The notes: generated by a model from the letters alone, not told the origin. DNA of 64,000 nucleotides from Acutalibacteraceae bacterium (GCA_045595445.1 JAZOAK010000023.1:44121-108120), one strand, 5' to 3'. Positions 26,280 to 37,120 are shown, counted from the first letter of the stretch. Translations and numbers: made by a program.

Positions 26280-27487
26280 TGGCTCACCGCCTGTGCCGCT
26301 GCGTAAGCAGACGCCCACGCCCATTGCAGGTTATATCCGCCGCAGTCGCCATCTACGTCCAGCAGTTCGCCAATCAAATGCAGATGCGGAACCAAGCGTG
26401 ATTCAAGGGTAGCGGGATCAACGTCACGCGTATCAATCCCACCGGCAGTCACCTGTGCGCCGCCAAACCCTTGTGTTCCGATTACTTTAACCGTAAACCG
26501 TTTGATGGTCGCCGCCAAACTGCGGTAATCCGTTACGGTATCACCAAGCGACAAGCCCGCCGCACGGCATACCGTTTGTCCGATGCGCTTATGTAACAAT
26601 CCTGTCAGAAAATCCTCCGCCGTACGAACAGGACGGGCGGCAAGTTGCGCCACCAATTTTTCCTCCGACAACGACGGGAGCAAGTCGATAACCGCTTCCA
26701 TCGTGCCGTTTTTGCGGCGCTCCCAATCCCCCACTACACGTGAAATGTGCATCACGGCAGGACCTGAAATGCCGTATTCGGTAAACAACAACTCACCGGT
26801 ATGGTCACACAGTGGTTTCCCATCTAAGATAAATTTAACCGTCGCATCGGTACGGAGTCCTTTCATCGCTTTGATAAAGGTCGTGTCTGTTTTGACCTGC
26901 ACGATCGAAGGAAATAACGGTGTTTTTTTATGGCCGAGCGCCACCGCTGTTGCGTAGCCCTCTGCCGAACCGCCGAGAGCGGGTGCAGCCGCACCGCCGG
27001 TTGCTAAAATCACGTGTTTTGCACACCATGTTTCGTCTGCTGTAACAACGGCAAACCCACCGTTTTCGGGGCGAATGGCGGTTACCGCCGCATCGCACCG
27101 CTCGGTTACGCCCAACGCTTTCAATTCCAAACGCAAACAATCCAGCACCGCGGCCGCCTGCTCGCACAGCGGATATTCTCTTCCCTCTTCTCGCGAGGAA
27201 CAAATCACACCGAGTGATTCAAAAAAGGCAATACACGCCTCCGGTGGGAATGCTTGCAGCGCGGGTGCGGTAAAAGACGCATCTGCACCATGGTAGCGTG
27301 ACGGTTCGGCACGGCGATTGGTAATGTTACAGGTCCCATTACCGGTAGCCAACAACTTTTTACCGACACGCGGCGCTTTTTCCAACAGGATCACCCGCTC
27401 GCCACCTATTTTGCGCGCACAAAACACCGCCGCCGCGAGCCCGCTCGCGCCGCCGCCGACAATCAGCGTATGCCACTGTTTTGTCAT
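26276..27487 (-). CDS. HI0933/BaiN-like NAD(P)/FAD-dependent oxidoreductase
   Basis: IVGGGASGLAAA and LLATGNGTCNITN are typical of the family. Confidence 0.8.
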   Translation of the reverse strand: MTKQWHTLIVGGGASGLAAAVFCARKIGGERVILLEKAPRVGKKLLATGNGTCNITNRRAEPSRYHGADASFTAPALQAFPPEACIAFFESLGVICSSREEGREYPLCEQAAAVLDCLRLELKALGVTERCDAAVTAIRPENGGFAVVTADETWCAKHVILATGGAAAPALGGSAEGYATAVALGHKKTPLFPSIVQVKTDTTFIKAMKGLRTDATVKFILDGKPLCDHTGELLFTEYGISGPAVMHISRVVGDWERRKNGTMEAVIDLLPSLSEEKLVAQLAARPVRTAEDFLTGLLHKRIGQTVCRAAGLSLGDTVTDYRSLAATIKRFTVKVIGTQGFGGAQVTAGGIDTRDVDPATLESRLVPHLHLIGELLDVDGDCGGYNLQWAWASAYAAAQAVSQ

Positions 27488-27632
27488 GTTTCCCACCTCT
27501 TTTTCTCCACCTTAGTATATCGGGTTTTCCCTCCGCCGTCAAGATTTCACGCGCCACTAAAATTTTTGTTTCCATTATCGATATAATACTTTCGTTCCGG
27601 CATACACTATTTGAGATAGGAGGCAAAAAAGT

Positions 27633-28298
27633 ATGATCTATACCAACGAATTATTTGATTTGTCCAAAAGCATCGCAGGCAGATGCTTGTCAGGATACCA
27701 ACACCCATGGGAAGCCTTGTCGCATATCGGCGAGCATATTATGCAATTAGCCAAAACCCTGCCACATGAACTGTTTGAGCAACGAGGCGAAAACATCTGG
27801 GTCGCCAAATCGGCAAAAATTCACCCAAATGCCATCATCATAGGTCCGTGTATCATTGACGAGGCAGCCGAAGTGCGTCCCGGCGCGTTTATCCGTGGCA
27901 ACGTATTAGTCGGCAAACACGCGGTCGTCGGTAATTCCACCGAGCTCAAAAATGTCATGTTGTTCGACGGCGTGCAAGTGCCGCATTACAACTACGTCGG
28001 TGATTCGATTTTGGGTTATTGCGCACACATGGGCGCAGGGGCAATCACCTCAAACGTCAAAAGCGACAAATCACTCGTCACCATCCGAAACGGTAGAGAA
28101 CGTGCCGAAACAGGGCTCAAAAAATGTGGCGCCATACTCGGCGATTATGTGGAAATCGGTTGCAACAGCGTCTTAAACCCCGGCACGGTGATCGGTAAAC
28201 AATCACAAGTGTACCCGCTGTCTTCGGTACGCGGTGTCATTCCCGCACGGCACATTTATAAAAGCGCACAAGACATCGTGCAGAAACGGAGTGAATAA
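27633..28298 (+). CDS. Hexapeptide-repeat (left-handed beta-helix) transferase, GlmU C-terminal-like
   Basis: 221 aa with repeated [LIV]-G-x4 hexapeptides. It lies immediately upstream of glmM, with a 1-nt gap. Confidence 0.65.
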   Translation: MIYTNELFDLSKSIAGRCLSGYQHPWEALSHIGEHIMQLAKTLPHELFEQRGENIWVAKSAKIHPNAIIIGPCIIDEAAEVRPGAFIRGNVLVGKHAVVGNSTELKNVMLFDGVQVPHYNYVGDSILGYCAHMGAGAITSNVKSDKSLVTIRNGRERAETGLKKCGAILGDYVEIGCNSVLNPGTVIGKQSQVYPLSSVRGVIPARHIYKSAQDIVQKRSE

Positions 28299-28299
28299 G

Positions 28300-29649
28300 A
28301 TGGGACGATTATTCGGAACGGACGGTGTTCGCGGCATTGCCAACACCGAGCTGACTTGTGAACTGGCATACGGTATCGGCAAGGCGGCGGCACTGGTGCT
28401 CGCAAAAGACGGACGCAGACGACCGGTATTTCTCATCGGCTCAGATACGCGCGCCTCTTCGGATATGTTGGATGCCGCGTTAACTTCGGGACTGTGCGCC
28501 GTCGGCGCCGACGTGATCCGTCTCGGCGTGATCCCCACTCCGGCCGTTGCGTTTTTGGTCGGCAAATACAAGGCAGATGCGGGCATCATGATCTCCGCAT
28601 CGCACAACCCCGCCGAATACAATGGCATCAAACTCTTCTCCGGCGACGGATATAAGTTGCCCGACGCATTGGAAGAAGAAATCGAACAAATCGTGCTGGA
28701 CGGCAACACGCTATTCCCCACTCCAATCGCCGGTGACGTCGGTCGGGCAACGACGGCGAACAACGCGGTAAAAGATTACGTCGACCACCTAAAAAGTACG
28801 GTACTGTACGCGCCGGAAGGCTTACGCATTGCCGTCGACTGCGCCAACGGTGCAGCATCCGTCACAGCCGAACGCTTATTCCGCGAACTGCGCACGGAGG
28901 CGCATCTTCTGCACCACACACCGAACGGCACCAATATCAACCGCGATTGCGGTTCCACCCATTTGGAAGCGTTATCCAAATACGTCGTTGAAAACGGCTT
29001 GGACCTCGGCATTGCATTCGACGGCGATGCCGACCGTTGTCTGTGCGTAGACGAAAACGGAAATGAGGTGGACGGCGATCAAATTATGGCGATCTGCGCC
29101 GTAGACATGAAAGAACGCGGTAAACTGACAGGTAATACCGTCGTCGGTACCATCATGACGAATTTCGGGTTCAGCAAATTCTGCAAGGATAACGACTTGC
29201 AATTTATCGCCACAAAAGTCGGTGACCGTTATGTGTTGGAAGAACTGCTCCTCGGTGATTTCTCGTTTGGCGGCGAGCAGTCAGGACACGTGATTTTCCG
29301 CGATTTTGCCACTACGGGCGACGGACAATTAACCGCCATTCAACTGTTGTCCTACCTCAAACGAAGCGGTTCCAAGCTCTCGGAACTCGCCACTATCATG
29401 ACAAAATACCCGCAACTCAGTATTAATTTGAACGCAACCGCCGAAGCAAAGCTTCATTTTTACACCAATAGTACCATCAAAAAAGCAATGGCAAACGCCA
29501 AACGCGCGTTGGACGGTATCGGTCGTATTGTCGTACGTCCCTCCGGCACGGAACCTCTCATTCGCGTGATGGCGGAAGGCGACGATCCCACGCTTGTCAA
29601 AGAACAGGCAGAAGCCGTTGCAGCAGTCATCAAGGAACAACTCAAATAA
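28300..29649 (+). CDS. glmM: Phosphoglucosamine mutase
   Basis: MGRLFGTDGVRG N-terminus and the active-site loop SASHNP. The ORF track starts upstream at 28234; I chose the ATG at 28300. Confidence 0.9.
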   Translation: MGRLFGTDGVRGIANTELTCELAYGIGKAAALVLAKDGRRRPVFLIGSDTRASSDMLDAALTSGLCAVGADVIRLGVIPTPAVAFLVGKYKADAGIMISASHNPAEYNGIKLFSGDGYKLPDALEEEIEQIVLDGNTLFPTPIAGDVGRATTANNAVKDYVDHLKSTVLYAPEGLRIAVDCANGAASVTAERLFRELRTEAHLLHHTPNGTNINRDCGSTHLEALSKYVVENGLDLGIAFDGDADRCLCVDENGNEVDGDQIMAICAVDMKERGKLTGNTVVGTIMTNFGFSKFCKDNDLQFIATKVGDRYVLEELLLGDFSFGGEQSGHVIFRDFATTGDGQLTAIQLLSYLKRSGSKLSELATIMTKYPQLSINLNATAEAKLHFYTNSTIKKAMANAKRALDGIGRIVVRPSGTEPLIRVMAEGDDPTLVKEQAEAVAAVIKEQLK

Positions 29650-29680
29650 AAAGGCGCCTCCGTTCGGAGGCGCTTTTTTA
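29650..29680. terminator. Bidirectional terminator
   Basis: Stem GCGCCTCC/GGAGGCGC with loop GTTC, flanked by A and T runs. Confidence 0.75.
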
Positions 29681-31696
29681 TAAGACACCACGTTTATACA
29701 AACCACGCGTAAAATCGACGGGCGGTTTACCGCCGTTTCGGTACTGATCCAACACGCGGGATACCCGTGCAGGTGCTTCATCGGTAAAATGCAAATACAA
29801 AAATTCATGTTTGGGCAAAGCAGGCAGCATATCCGCCAAATAGAGCGGTACAGCGTTAAGCAATTCGCTGCATTCGCCTGCACAACGCACCGGAAACTCA
29901 GTGCCGCGTCGATCGGTAAGCGTACTGCTTCCGCCGCAAAACAAACAGCCGACCGCCGCCGATACGGGACACGCGCGCAAGAGCATCAGCGGTTGTCTGC
30001 CGTAAGCAAATAAACCGACACATCCCTTTTCTTCCGCAAACCGCATCTGCGGGAAGGTAAGTTCAAAGGAGAGAACCGCCGCTTTTGCGTCATCCTCTGC
30101 GATAGCCGATAACGATTCGCTGTTCATGATATGTAAAAACGCGCCCGCAATCGGCGCAAGCCCCGCCGCTTTGGCAAGCGGGATCGCACCAACCGTATTA
30201 CATAGGGCAAAAGCAGCGCCGTCTGCGACGGCACGCTCCAATTGTTTTTTCACCGTTTCTTCTCGTCCAAACAACCCGCGCGGGATTTCCACGCCCCAAA
30301 ACGGAACGTCGGGACGTTTGCCCAGCGGTACGATCCACGCATCCGCCTCCCCGCGAATCTGTTCGAGCGATTCTACTCGCGCCACCAGTCCGTGCAACAG
30401 GCCGTTTGGCAAAATAGTGGGCGACAACGGTTTCTCCTCAAAAGGAATGGGCACCGTTTGCGAACGAACGGCGAGTAATTCTTCGAGCGCACGTCGACGC
30501 AGAGCGTTCACGGCAGACAACGGCACCGCCGCCGGCTCAGCAGTAGCAACAGCTGAAAACGGTGTTCCACCGGTCTTTTGCAGCTGCGTCACCAATCGAT
30601 TGGCATCCAAAACACTTTCCATCTTCGGTGTATCCCGATCGGTAACCGTCACGATATGCCCGTCGCGATCTTCCGCCGTAAGCGTCAGCGGATTGTCGGT
30701 CAACGTTAGGGTGATCGACACCGATTGCCGTTCGCGGGTATACAAATGCGCCAAACGGTTGAGCACCGCCGGCGGCGCAATATCCTCCAAACGGCGCCTG
30801 CCGAACAGATCGGCATCGCGCACACCGGTAAAATACCCATCGGTAAAACCGGTACGCGAAAAGACCGCACGCAGATCGTTTAGCGTTTGCACATCCGGCT
30901 TTTTGCCGTCCAGCAGATCGCGCAATACCGCGGTTGCGGCGGCAACATATTCGGGGCGCTTCATGCGCCCCTCAATTTTCAAAGACGCGATTCCCATATC
31001 CGTAAGCTCGGGAATATGCTCGTACAGCGAATTATCTTTTAAGCTAAGCGCGGTTTCATCGTTATCGGGATGGTGCCCCACTGCAAACGGCAGGCGACAC
31101 GGCTGTGCGCACAAACCACGGTTGCCGCTTCTGCCGCCAAGCATGGCAGACAGTTCACACTGACCGGACACCGACATACACAGCGCACCATGCACGAACA
31201 CTTCCAGTTCACAGCCGAGACCTGCGCACGCGGCAATCTCTTGTTTGCTCATTTCACGAGCAAGCACCACGCGGGAAAAACCCAAATCGCGCAGTTGCGC
31301 AACACCCGCCGGGGTATGACAGGTCATTTGGGTGGAGGCGTGCAACGGCATTGTCGGCGCACACGCATGGATACGGCGGGCAAGGCCACGATCCTGCAAA
31401 ATCAGCGCATCTGCTCCGCACTCGCACGCGGTCTTTGCGACCTCAATAGCTGCGGGCATTTCCCGATCTAATACCAGCGTGTTAAGTGTTACGTATACCT
31501 TCACACCGCGGGCATGACAAAAAGCCACCGCCTCTTTTAGCGAGGGGGTGGCATCGGTATTGGCTTGTAACGAAAAATTCTGAGCATGGCGGCGCGCGTT
31601 AAACGAGCCGACTCCCAGATACACCGCATCCGCGCCGGCGCGGACGGCAGCTTCCATCGCTTCCCAAGAACCGGCAGGAGCCAACAACTCCGTCAT
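29678..31696 (-). CDS. U32-family peptidase-like protein
   Basis: 672 aa. The U32 core region carries the conserved Cys-rich segment (HGALCMSVSGQC). Confidence 0.85.
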   Translation of the reverse strand: MTELLAPAGSWEAMEAAVRAGADAVYLGVGSFNARRHAQNFSLQANTDATPSLKEAVAFCHARGVKVYVTLNTLVLDREMPAAIEVAKTACECGADALILQDRGLARRIHACAPTMPLHASTQMTCHTPAGVAQLRDLGFSRVVLAREMSKQEIAACAGLGCELEVFVHGALCMSVSGQCELSAMLGGRSGNRGLCAQPCRLPFAVGHHPDNDETALSLKDNSLYEHIPELTDMGIASLKIEGRMKRPEYVAAATAVLRDLLDGKKPDVQTLNDLRAVFSRTGFTDGYFTGVRDADLFGRRRLEDIAPPAVLNRLAHLYTRERQSVSITLTLTDNPLTLTAEDRDGHIVTVTDRDTPKMESVLDANRLVTQLQKTGGTPFSAVATAEPAAVPLSAVNALRRRALEELLAVRSQTVPIPFEEKPLSPTILPNGLLHGLVARVESLEQIRGEADAWIVPLGKRPDVPFWGVEIPRGLFGREETVKKQLERAVADGAAFALCNTVGAIPLAKAAGLAPIAGAFLHIMNSESLSAIAEDDAKAAVLSFELTFPQMRFAEEKGCVGLFAYGRQPLMLLRACPVSAAVGCLFCGGSSTLTDRRGTEFPVRCAGECSELLNAVPLYLADMLPALPKHEFLYLHFTDEAPARVSRVLDQYRNGGKPPVDFTRGLYKRGVL

Positions 31697-31998
31697 CAGG
31701 AATACAACCGACGCAGCGCTTCCATTTCGGCACGCAGCGCTTTGTTTTCTTCTAAATACTCAGTTACTTGCGTACGCAAATGGTCTGCGGTCGCCTCCGA
31801 CTTATGCGAACGATCAGCATTGTTGATCGCGGTAAGCACCGCCGCCATATTCATGGACATGCGGGGATTATCCTCCATAAGCTGACAGATCTCACGGTCA
31901 ACTTCTTTGCCCAGCTTTTCCATATACTCCACCGACTCATCCGAAGAAAGCATAAACTCCGATCCGCAGATAGTCAGTTTAACGCGATTACGTGCCAT
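31696..31998 (-). CDS. zapA: Cell division protein ZapA
   Basis: 100 aa. The N-terminus VKLTICGSEFMLSSDES and a coiled-coil tail are present. The TGA shares one base with the U32 ATG. Confidence 0.8.
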   Translation of the reverse strand: MARNRVKLTICGSEFMLSSDESVEYMEKLGKEVDREICQLMEDNPRMSMNMAAVLTAINNADRSHKSEATADHLRTQVTEYLEENKALRAEMEALRRLYS

Positions 31999-32077
31999 GA
32001 ACGATTCCTCCCCCGCATACTCGTTACTATTAGTATATCACAAGAAATTCCAACCCGCAATGGCTTTTTATCAACAT

Positions 32078-33088
32078 TCACTCACATTTGAGATGAATCA
32101 GATGGGCAATACCGGGAATAGATTCTCCTTGTTGGGATGAAGTCGGCGACATCATCGCACCGGTCGCAATAAACAGACCGTCCTGCCATTTCCCACTTTC
32201 CATATTTCCAAGAATCAGCGAGCAAAGGACGGATGCCGAGCATCCGCAACCGCTGCCACCGGCGTGCACGTCCTGCCGCTCACGGTCATAGAGTTGCAGC
32301 CCGCAATCAAAATATTCGTCACCAAGCCGTTCCCCGTCGCGTGCCATCAAGGTCTTGAACAAAGCGCTCCCCTCCGCGCCAAGATCGCCCGTCGCAATAA
32401 AATCGTAGTCTCCCGGATGTGTGTCCGTATCCTCAAAAAACTTTGACAACGTATCCGCAGCAGCAGGTGCCATCGCAGCGCCCATGTTGTTGGTATCGGT
32501 AATGCCGAGATCCACAATACAACCGATACACACGTCTGCAATGTGCACCTTGCCGCCACCAAGTCCCACCAACACGGCACCCGATGCGGTAGCGGTCCAT
32601 TGCGCGGTGGCAGGGCGCTGACCGCCGTACTCCAACGGAAAACGAAACTGGCGCTCTGCCGTACAAAAATGTGACGAGGTAACCGCCGCCGCAACGTCGG
32701 CGGCACCGCTATCCACAAAAATGGATGCCATCGCGAGCGTTTGTGCCATTGTCGAACAAGCGCCGAATTGATTAACGAGCGGAATCTGACTGTCCCGCAT
32801 TCCAAAAGTAGAGGCAATATTTTGATTCAGTAAGTCGCCGGTAAACAGCACGTCCACCTGCGACGGCGAAAATCCCGCCTTGTTCAGTGCGCGGCTGAGC
32901 GCCTCTTTTTGCAATCGGCTCTCTGCTTTTTCCCACGTCTTTTCACCGAGTCTCGTATCGGTGAACACCTGATCAAACAGATCGCCGAGCGGACCTTCTC
33001 CCTCTTTTTTCCCCACGACAGACGCATAGCCAAGTATCGTCGGTCTACCCGACAAACTGATAGTGTGCTTTCCTCTTCTTTCCGGCAT
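32078..33088 (-). CDS. spoVAD: Stage V sporulation protein AD
   Basis: 336 aa thiolase-fold protein with the SpoVAD-type N-terminus (SVVGKKEGEGPL). Confidence 0.85.
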   Translation of the reverse strand: MPERRGKHTISLSGRPTILGYASVVGKKEGEGPLGDLFDQVFTDTRLGEKTWEKAESRLQKEALSRALNKAGFSPSQVDVLFTGDLLNQNIASTFGMRDSQIPLVNQFGACSTMAQTLAMASIFVDSGAADVAAAVTSSHFCTAERQFRFPLEYGGQRPATAQWTATASGAVLVGLGGGKVHIADVCIGCIVDLGITDTNNMGAAMAPAAADTLSKFFEDTDTHPGDYDFIATGDLGAEGSALFKTLMARDGERLGDEYFDCGLQLYDRERQDVHAGGSGCGCSASVLCSLILGNMESGKWQDGLFIATGAMMSPTSSQQGESIPGIAHLIHLKCE

Positions 33089-33139
33089 ACGTATCCCCCT
33101 TTTTTACAGTTTGGTATATGCAAAAGTTCGAGGATTATG

Positions 33140-33174
33140 CAAAAAAACGGAATCACCCGTTAGATGATTCCGTT
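33140..33174 (-). terminator. Intrinsic terminator of the M20 peptidase gene
   Basis: A 9-bp stem ACGGAATCA/TGATTCCGT with T6 on the minus strand. It separates the peptidase gene from spoVAD. Confidence 0.65.
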
Positions 33175-33182
33175 TTACACTC

Positions 33183-34331
33183 TTATAATCGGCAAGCAAC
33201 TGCCGCCAACCGCTTGGCACACGCCGCAAGCGAATCCAAATACGCAAATTCATCGATTGAATGGATCCGACCACCGTCGACACCAATGCTATCCACCGTG
33301 GGAATACCAGCGTTGGTCGTGTATGCCGCATCAGAGCCGCTCAGGCAAGAACGACCGGTCAACAGCGGCAACCCGCACTGCCCGTAGATCTTGTTCATGG
33401 TTTCCGCAAGCGCGACGTTCCGCTCCACAAACGGCATCGCCGGACGCACGCTGACTTGTTCAATCTCGGTACTGCATCCCGCCACCATCACGGTGTTTGC
33501 CACTCGCTCCACAATACTGACAGCCTCGTTATACTGCTGTTCATTAGCAAACCGAATATCCACCACGAACGAACATTTCTCAGCCACCGTATTGGCAACC
33601 GTGCCACCCTCGATCACGCCACAGTTAAAGGTAAGCCCCTTCGGATCCTTTACCTTTTCCAGCTCAATGATCTTATACGCTGCTTCCGCAATGGCGTTTG
33701 CGCCCTCCGCACAACGGGAGGAATGCATCGCCTTTCCCGTAACGCTATACCGATAACGGACGATACCCTTACGTTCCCACACCAAGGTGTCACCCTGTAT
33801 TCCCTCGGCATTCAAAAACGCCGCCGCACCCTTTGCCTGTTCCAGCATAAATGCGATCGTCTGCTTATTGCTTTGCCTGCTGCTAGTTTCCTCATCCGAT
33901 TGGATAATCAACTTTACCGGGCGCTCTTTGAACCCGCATTGTGCGAGCGCATCCAACGCCATAAACGAAGCGACCACGCCGCCCTTGCAATCCATGACAC
34001 CCGGGCCATAAATGCAGGTTTCGTCAAGACGCACTGCGGGTGTACCGAACAATCCCAAAGGATGCACCGTATCGATATGTCCCGAAAACACAACAGGTGC
34101 GCCCTCCGCTTCGGGGTTGATGGTAATACAGATTGCATTCCCTGCTTCCTCGCACTCTAAGACATCCACAAGCCACCCGCGTTCCTTTGCCATTTTCACA
34201 AAATAGTCGCCAACCGCATCCACGCCTTGCTTATAAGCGGTCGGACTTTCTATATTACAAACGTCCTCCCATACCCGACAATAACACACGTTCATATCGT
34301 CAATAACGGAAAAAAGCTTCTTAAAATCCAC
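33183..34331 (-). CDS. M20-family metallopeptidase (carboxypeptidase G2-like)
   Basis: HIDTVHP, GPGVMDCKGG and SDEETS motifs are present. I chose the GTG at 34331, which follows AGAGGTGG. Confidence 0.8.
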   Translation of the reverse strand: MDFKKLFSVIDDMNVCYCRVWEDVCNIESPTAYKQGVDAVGDYFVKMAKERGWLVDVLECEEAGNAICITINPEAEGAPVVFSGHIDTVHPLGLFGTPAVRLDETCIYGPGVMDCKGGVVASFMALDALAQCGFKERPVKLIIQSDEETSSRQSNKQTIAFMLEQAKGAAAFLNAEGIQGDTLVWERKGIVRYRYSVTGKAMHSSRCAEGANAIAEAAYKIIELEKVKDPKGLTFNCGVIEGGTVANTVAEKCSFVVDIRFANEQQYNEAVSIVERVANTVMVAGCSTEIEQVSVRPAMPFVERNVALAETMNKIYGQCGLPLLTGRSCLSGSDAAYTTNAGIPTVDSIGVDGGRIHSIDEFAYLDSLAACAKRLAAVACRL

Positions 34332-34425
34332 AACACCCACCTCTTTCTTCTTGATTATACCGCCGCCCCGTGGTATAATCAAATAGAAATAAGTCCACAA
34401 AAGTTATAACAAAAAGGTGATAACT

Positions 34426-35403
34426 ATGGTCAGTACAACCGCACGGTACGTGTATACCGTCTACCGCGCGAAAAGCGTTTCCTTAGCAGCAGAAGAGTTG
34501 TTTATTTCTCAACCGGCACTCAGCCGTGCCATCAAGAAAGCGGAAGCGGAACTCGGTGCACCTATTTTTAACCGTAAAACACTCCCCTTTTCGCTGACAC
34601 CGCAAGGGAAACTCTATATTGACGCTATTGAAAAAATCCTGCAACTCGAAAAAGAAACGGCGGAAAAGGTCAACGACATTCAGCACGTACAGGGCGGCAC
34701 CTTACGCATCGCCACCTCCACCCATCTGTCGTTTTACGTCATTCCGAAAGTACTCAAAGAATTTCAAAAGCACCATCCGCACGTAGATATTCATATTGTC
34801 ATGACCGATACGGACAAGCTGTACGAACAGTTGCAAAAAGATAACGCGGACCTTGTTTTCATGTCCGGCGAATTTGCACCGCCCGATTGTTATGCCGTAA
34901 CTCTTTTGCAAGAACAATACGTAGTCGCCATGCCGCGCAGTATGGTCACCGAATCCTTGCAGCCCTATACGCTCGATCACGAAACACTGATCACCGGTAT
35001 CTACTCACCCCAAAAACAGATCCGCGATATGTCTCTCTTTCACGACATTTCGTTTATTTACAGTCCCCCGCATACCAACATCCAAAAAAAACGGACAATC
35101 TTGTTCGGAAGATCCGATATGGCACCGTACGTTACCTCAAACGCCAGTCGGCAACAATTGAATTATAACTTGATGCGTTCGGGATTCGGCGCGCTTTTGA
35201 CGACCGATGCCAACATCGCCACCATGCCCCCCGATCCCGACTGCGCTTTCTTTGTGCTTGGCGGTGCCGAGGCAAAACAACACTTTTCCGTTATCCACAC
35301 AAAAAAAGAAACCGATGTATCAAGCCGTATCGTGCGAGAATTTATCAGTACGGCAACCACCCTGTTTGCTTGCGATCACCCCTTGCGCGAACTGTTGTTG
35401 TAA
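34426..35403 (+). CDS. LysR-family transcriptional regulator
   Basis: The N-terminal wHTH carries SVSLAAEELFISQPALSRAIKKAE. A substrate-binding domain follows. The gene is divergent from the M20 gene. Confidence 0.85.
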   Translation: MVSTTARYVYTVYRAKSVSLAAEELFISQPALSRAIKKAEAELGAPIFNRKTLPFSLTPQGKLYIDAIEKILQLEKETAEKVNDIQHVQGGTLRIATSTHLSFYVIPKVLKEFQKHHPHVDIHIVMTDTDKLYEQLQKDNADLVFMSGEFAPPDCYAVTLLQEQYVVAMPRSMVTESLQPYTLDHETLITGIYSPQKQIRDMSLFHDISFIYSPPHTNIQKKRTILFGRSDMAPYVTSNASRQQLNYNLMRSGFGALLTTDANIATMPPDPDCAFFVLGGAEAKQHFSVIHTKKETDVSSRIVREFISTATTLFACDHPLRELLL

Positions 35404-35404
35404 A

Positions 35405-35440
35405 CAAAAAAACGGCTTGACCATTCGTCAAGCCGTTTTG
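35405..35440. terminator. Terminator hairpin (family shared with 37912-37945)
   Basis: Stem ACGGCTTGAC/GTCAAGCCGT with a 5-nt loop, flanked by A and T runs. Confidence 0.75.
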
Positions 35441-35462
35441 CATTTGAGCAACGCAGCGCTCC

Positions 35463-36197
35463 TTATATTTTCTTTCTGCAACCGTCAATTTGAATGTTTT
35501 GCCCATTGATATACGCTGCTTTGTCGCTTGCCAAAAAGCAGATCAAATCCGCATTTTCTCTCGTTGAGCCGGTTCTGCCGGCATAGCACATATCATTCTC
35601 TTTCACAAACTCAATATCATCCGCCCACGCAGGACTTACCGTGCCGGGCGATACGGCATTAACCGTTATTCCTTGATCCGCCACCTCTTTGGCAAGCGCC
35701 TTCGTAAAAGAAATAACAGCGCCCTTTGTTGCTGAATAATGCGTCATCTTGGGATTTCCGTAAACACCGGCCACCGATGCAACATTGATAATCCTGCCGT
35801 ACTGATTTTCCAGCATATGCGCCAAAACAGCCTTGGTGAAATACACCGTTCCCATTACATTAACGGAAAAATACGTTTCCCATTCTTCAAATGAAATATC
35901 CATAAAGTTCAACCAACTGCGCCACAGTGCAGCATTATTGACTAAAACATCAATTTTGCCAAAACGCTCCACCGCTTTTTCAACCACCGAACAAACGGCT
36001 GTGGTATCCGTCACGTCGCAGACGTACGCCGCCACGTTATCCGTAATCTCTTTAATCTGCTTTTCCGTTTCGTTTAATGTCTCGGCATTAACGTCCACCA
36101 AAATCACGTTGGCGCCTTCTTCGGCAAATCGAACGGCACATGCTTTGCCAATACCAACTGCCGCACCGGTAATAAGAGCTGTCTTATTTTTAAACAT
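35463..36197 (-). CDS. Short-chain dehydrogenase/reductase (FabG-like)
   Basis: TGAAVGIGKA, NNAA and YSATK motifs are present. Confidence 0.85.
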   Translation of the reverse strand: MFKNKTALITGAAVGIGKACAVRFAEEGANVILVDVNAETLNETEKQIKEITDNVAAYVCDVTDTTAVCSVVEKAVERFGKIDVLVNNAALWRSWLNFMDISFEEWETYFSVNVMGTVYFTKAVLAHMLENQYGRIINVASVAGVYGNPKMTHYSATKGAVISFTKALAKEVADQGITVNAVSPGTVSPAWADDIEFVKENDMCYAGRTGSTRENADLICFLASDKAAYINGQNIQIDGCRKKI

Positions 36198-36208
36198 CTA
36201 TCTTCACC

Positions 36209-36967
36209 TCAAAAATCAATTTCGTCACGAACTTTTTTCATGGTACTGAGCAGCGGTTGCGTAACCGTTGATATCGTATCGTGTTCATACACGCACAACG
36301 TCATACAAGTACCGAGTTTGAATCCCAATCTTCGGTGAATCGAACACTCACCACCCGAAAGGAATAAAAAGGGGGCGCCAAGTTCCCGCTTAAGCAAATT
36401 GGTTATACGCAGATTTTCAATTTGTTCTTCCATACTGTCGGCGCCGGTTACGATTTTGATAATATCCGCACCGCGCCGCTTTTGTTCAAGCGCCACTTCC
36501 AGCACTCTGTCAGCAGGTGTGAACTTCAAAATATGCGAAGACATCAAGACTTCCGCACCCATTCCGTGGAGTGTATCAATCAATTCCATTTGTTTTTCTA
36601 TTGCCTGACGATCATCAGTCAATTCCTCGGGATGCTTGCAGAAGAAATCGCCCATCACGTCACAAAGTGTTGCTCCGCTTTCGGCAAGGGTTATTAACCC
36701 TTTGGCCAGTTCGTCATCCGAGAGGTCCTTGTTACTTCCCCCTCTGTAGTTTGTAACATATACCGGCCTTCCCTTCGTTTCGCCAAAAATTCTCTTATAC
36801 ACATCCGGATTTTGATATTCCGTCTTCAGGCATTCCACCTGCAACCCGTAAGCATCTGCGCCAAGACAGTTGGCATTTCGGATCCGCCTGATCGCTACTT
36901 GCGGATCTTCGCACTGCAACATAACCGTTAATAGCGGTTGATTACTGTTTGCAAAAAACGACTTCAT
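36209..36967 (-). CDS. Type I 3-dehydroquinate dehydratase-like protein
   Basis: SSHILKFTP (His) and GADIIKIV (Lys) lie 26 residues apart, close to the AroD His143/Lys170 spacing as I recall it. Confidence 0.55.
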   Translation of the reverse strand: MKSFFANSNQPLLTVMLQCEDPQVAIRRIRNANCLGADAYGLQVECLKTEYQNPDVYKRIFGETKGRPVYVTNYRGGSNKDLSDDELAKGLITLAESGATLCDVMGDFFCKHPEELTDDRQAIEKQMELIDTLHGMGAEVLMSSHILKFTPADRVLEVALEQKRRGADIIKIVTGADSMEEQIENLRITNLLKRELGAPFLFLSGGECSIHRRLGFKLGTCMTLCVYEHDTISTVTQPLLSTMKKVRDEIDF

Positions 36968-37120
36968 AGGTTCACCCCCTTCTCTTTCTTTTTATTATAA
37001 ACGGCAGTACCGTTATAGCAATAGAAAAAACGATACAGATTTTTGATTTTTTCGATACTATTTACAAATACACCGTTGATTTATTTGTGTTTTCTGATAT
37101 AATGCTTTTTGGTGATAAAT

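Noticed and set aside
30126-31163. A 345-aa plus-strand ORF. Similar long antisense ORFs occur at 1628-2500, 16836-17591, 33261-34160, 41207-42046, 44583-45476 and 55326-56030.
   Set aside because: Each lies antisense to a gene with clear family motifs (U32, prs, glgD/glgC, M20, groEL, THUMP methyltransferase, rel). Each shows the Arg/Ser/Ala/Pro-rich composition typical of shadow ORFs in GC-rich coding DNA.
33089-33146. A sigma-F/G promoter upstream of spoVAD (GCATA ... CATATAC).
   Set aside because: The spacer is 15 nt and the -10 does not fit CATxHTA, nor is there a GG-containing sigma-F -10. The evidence is too weak to call.
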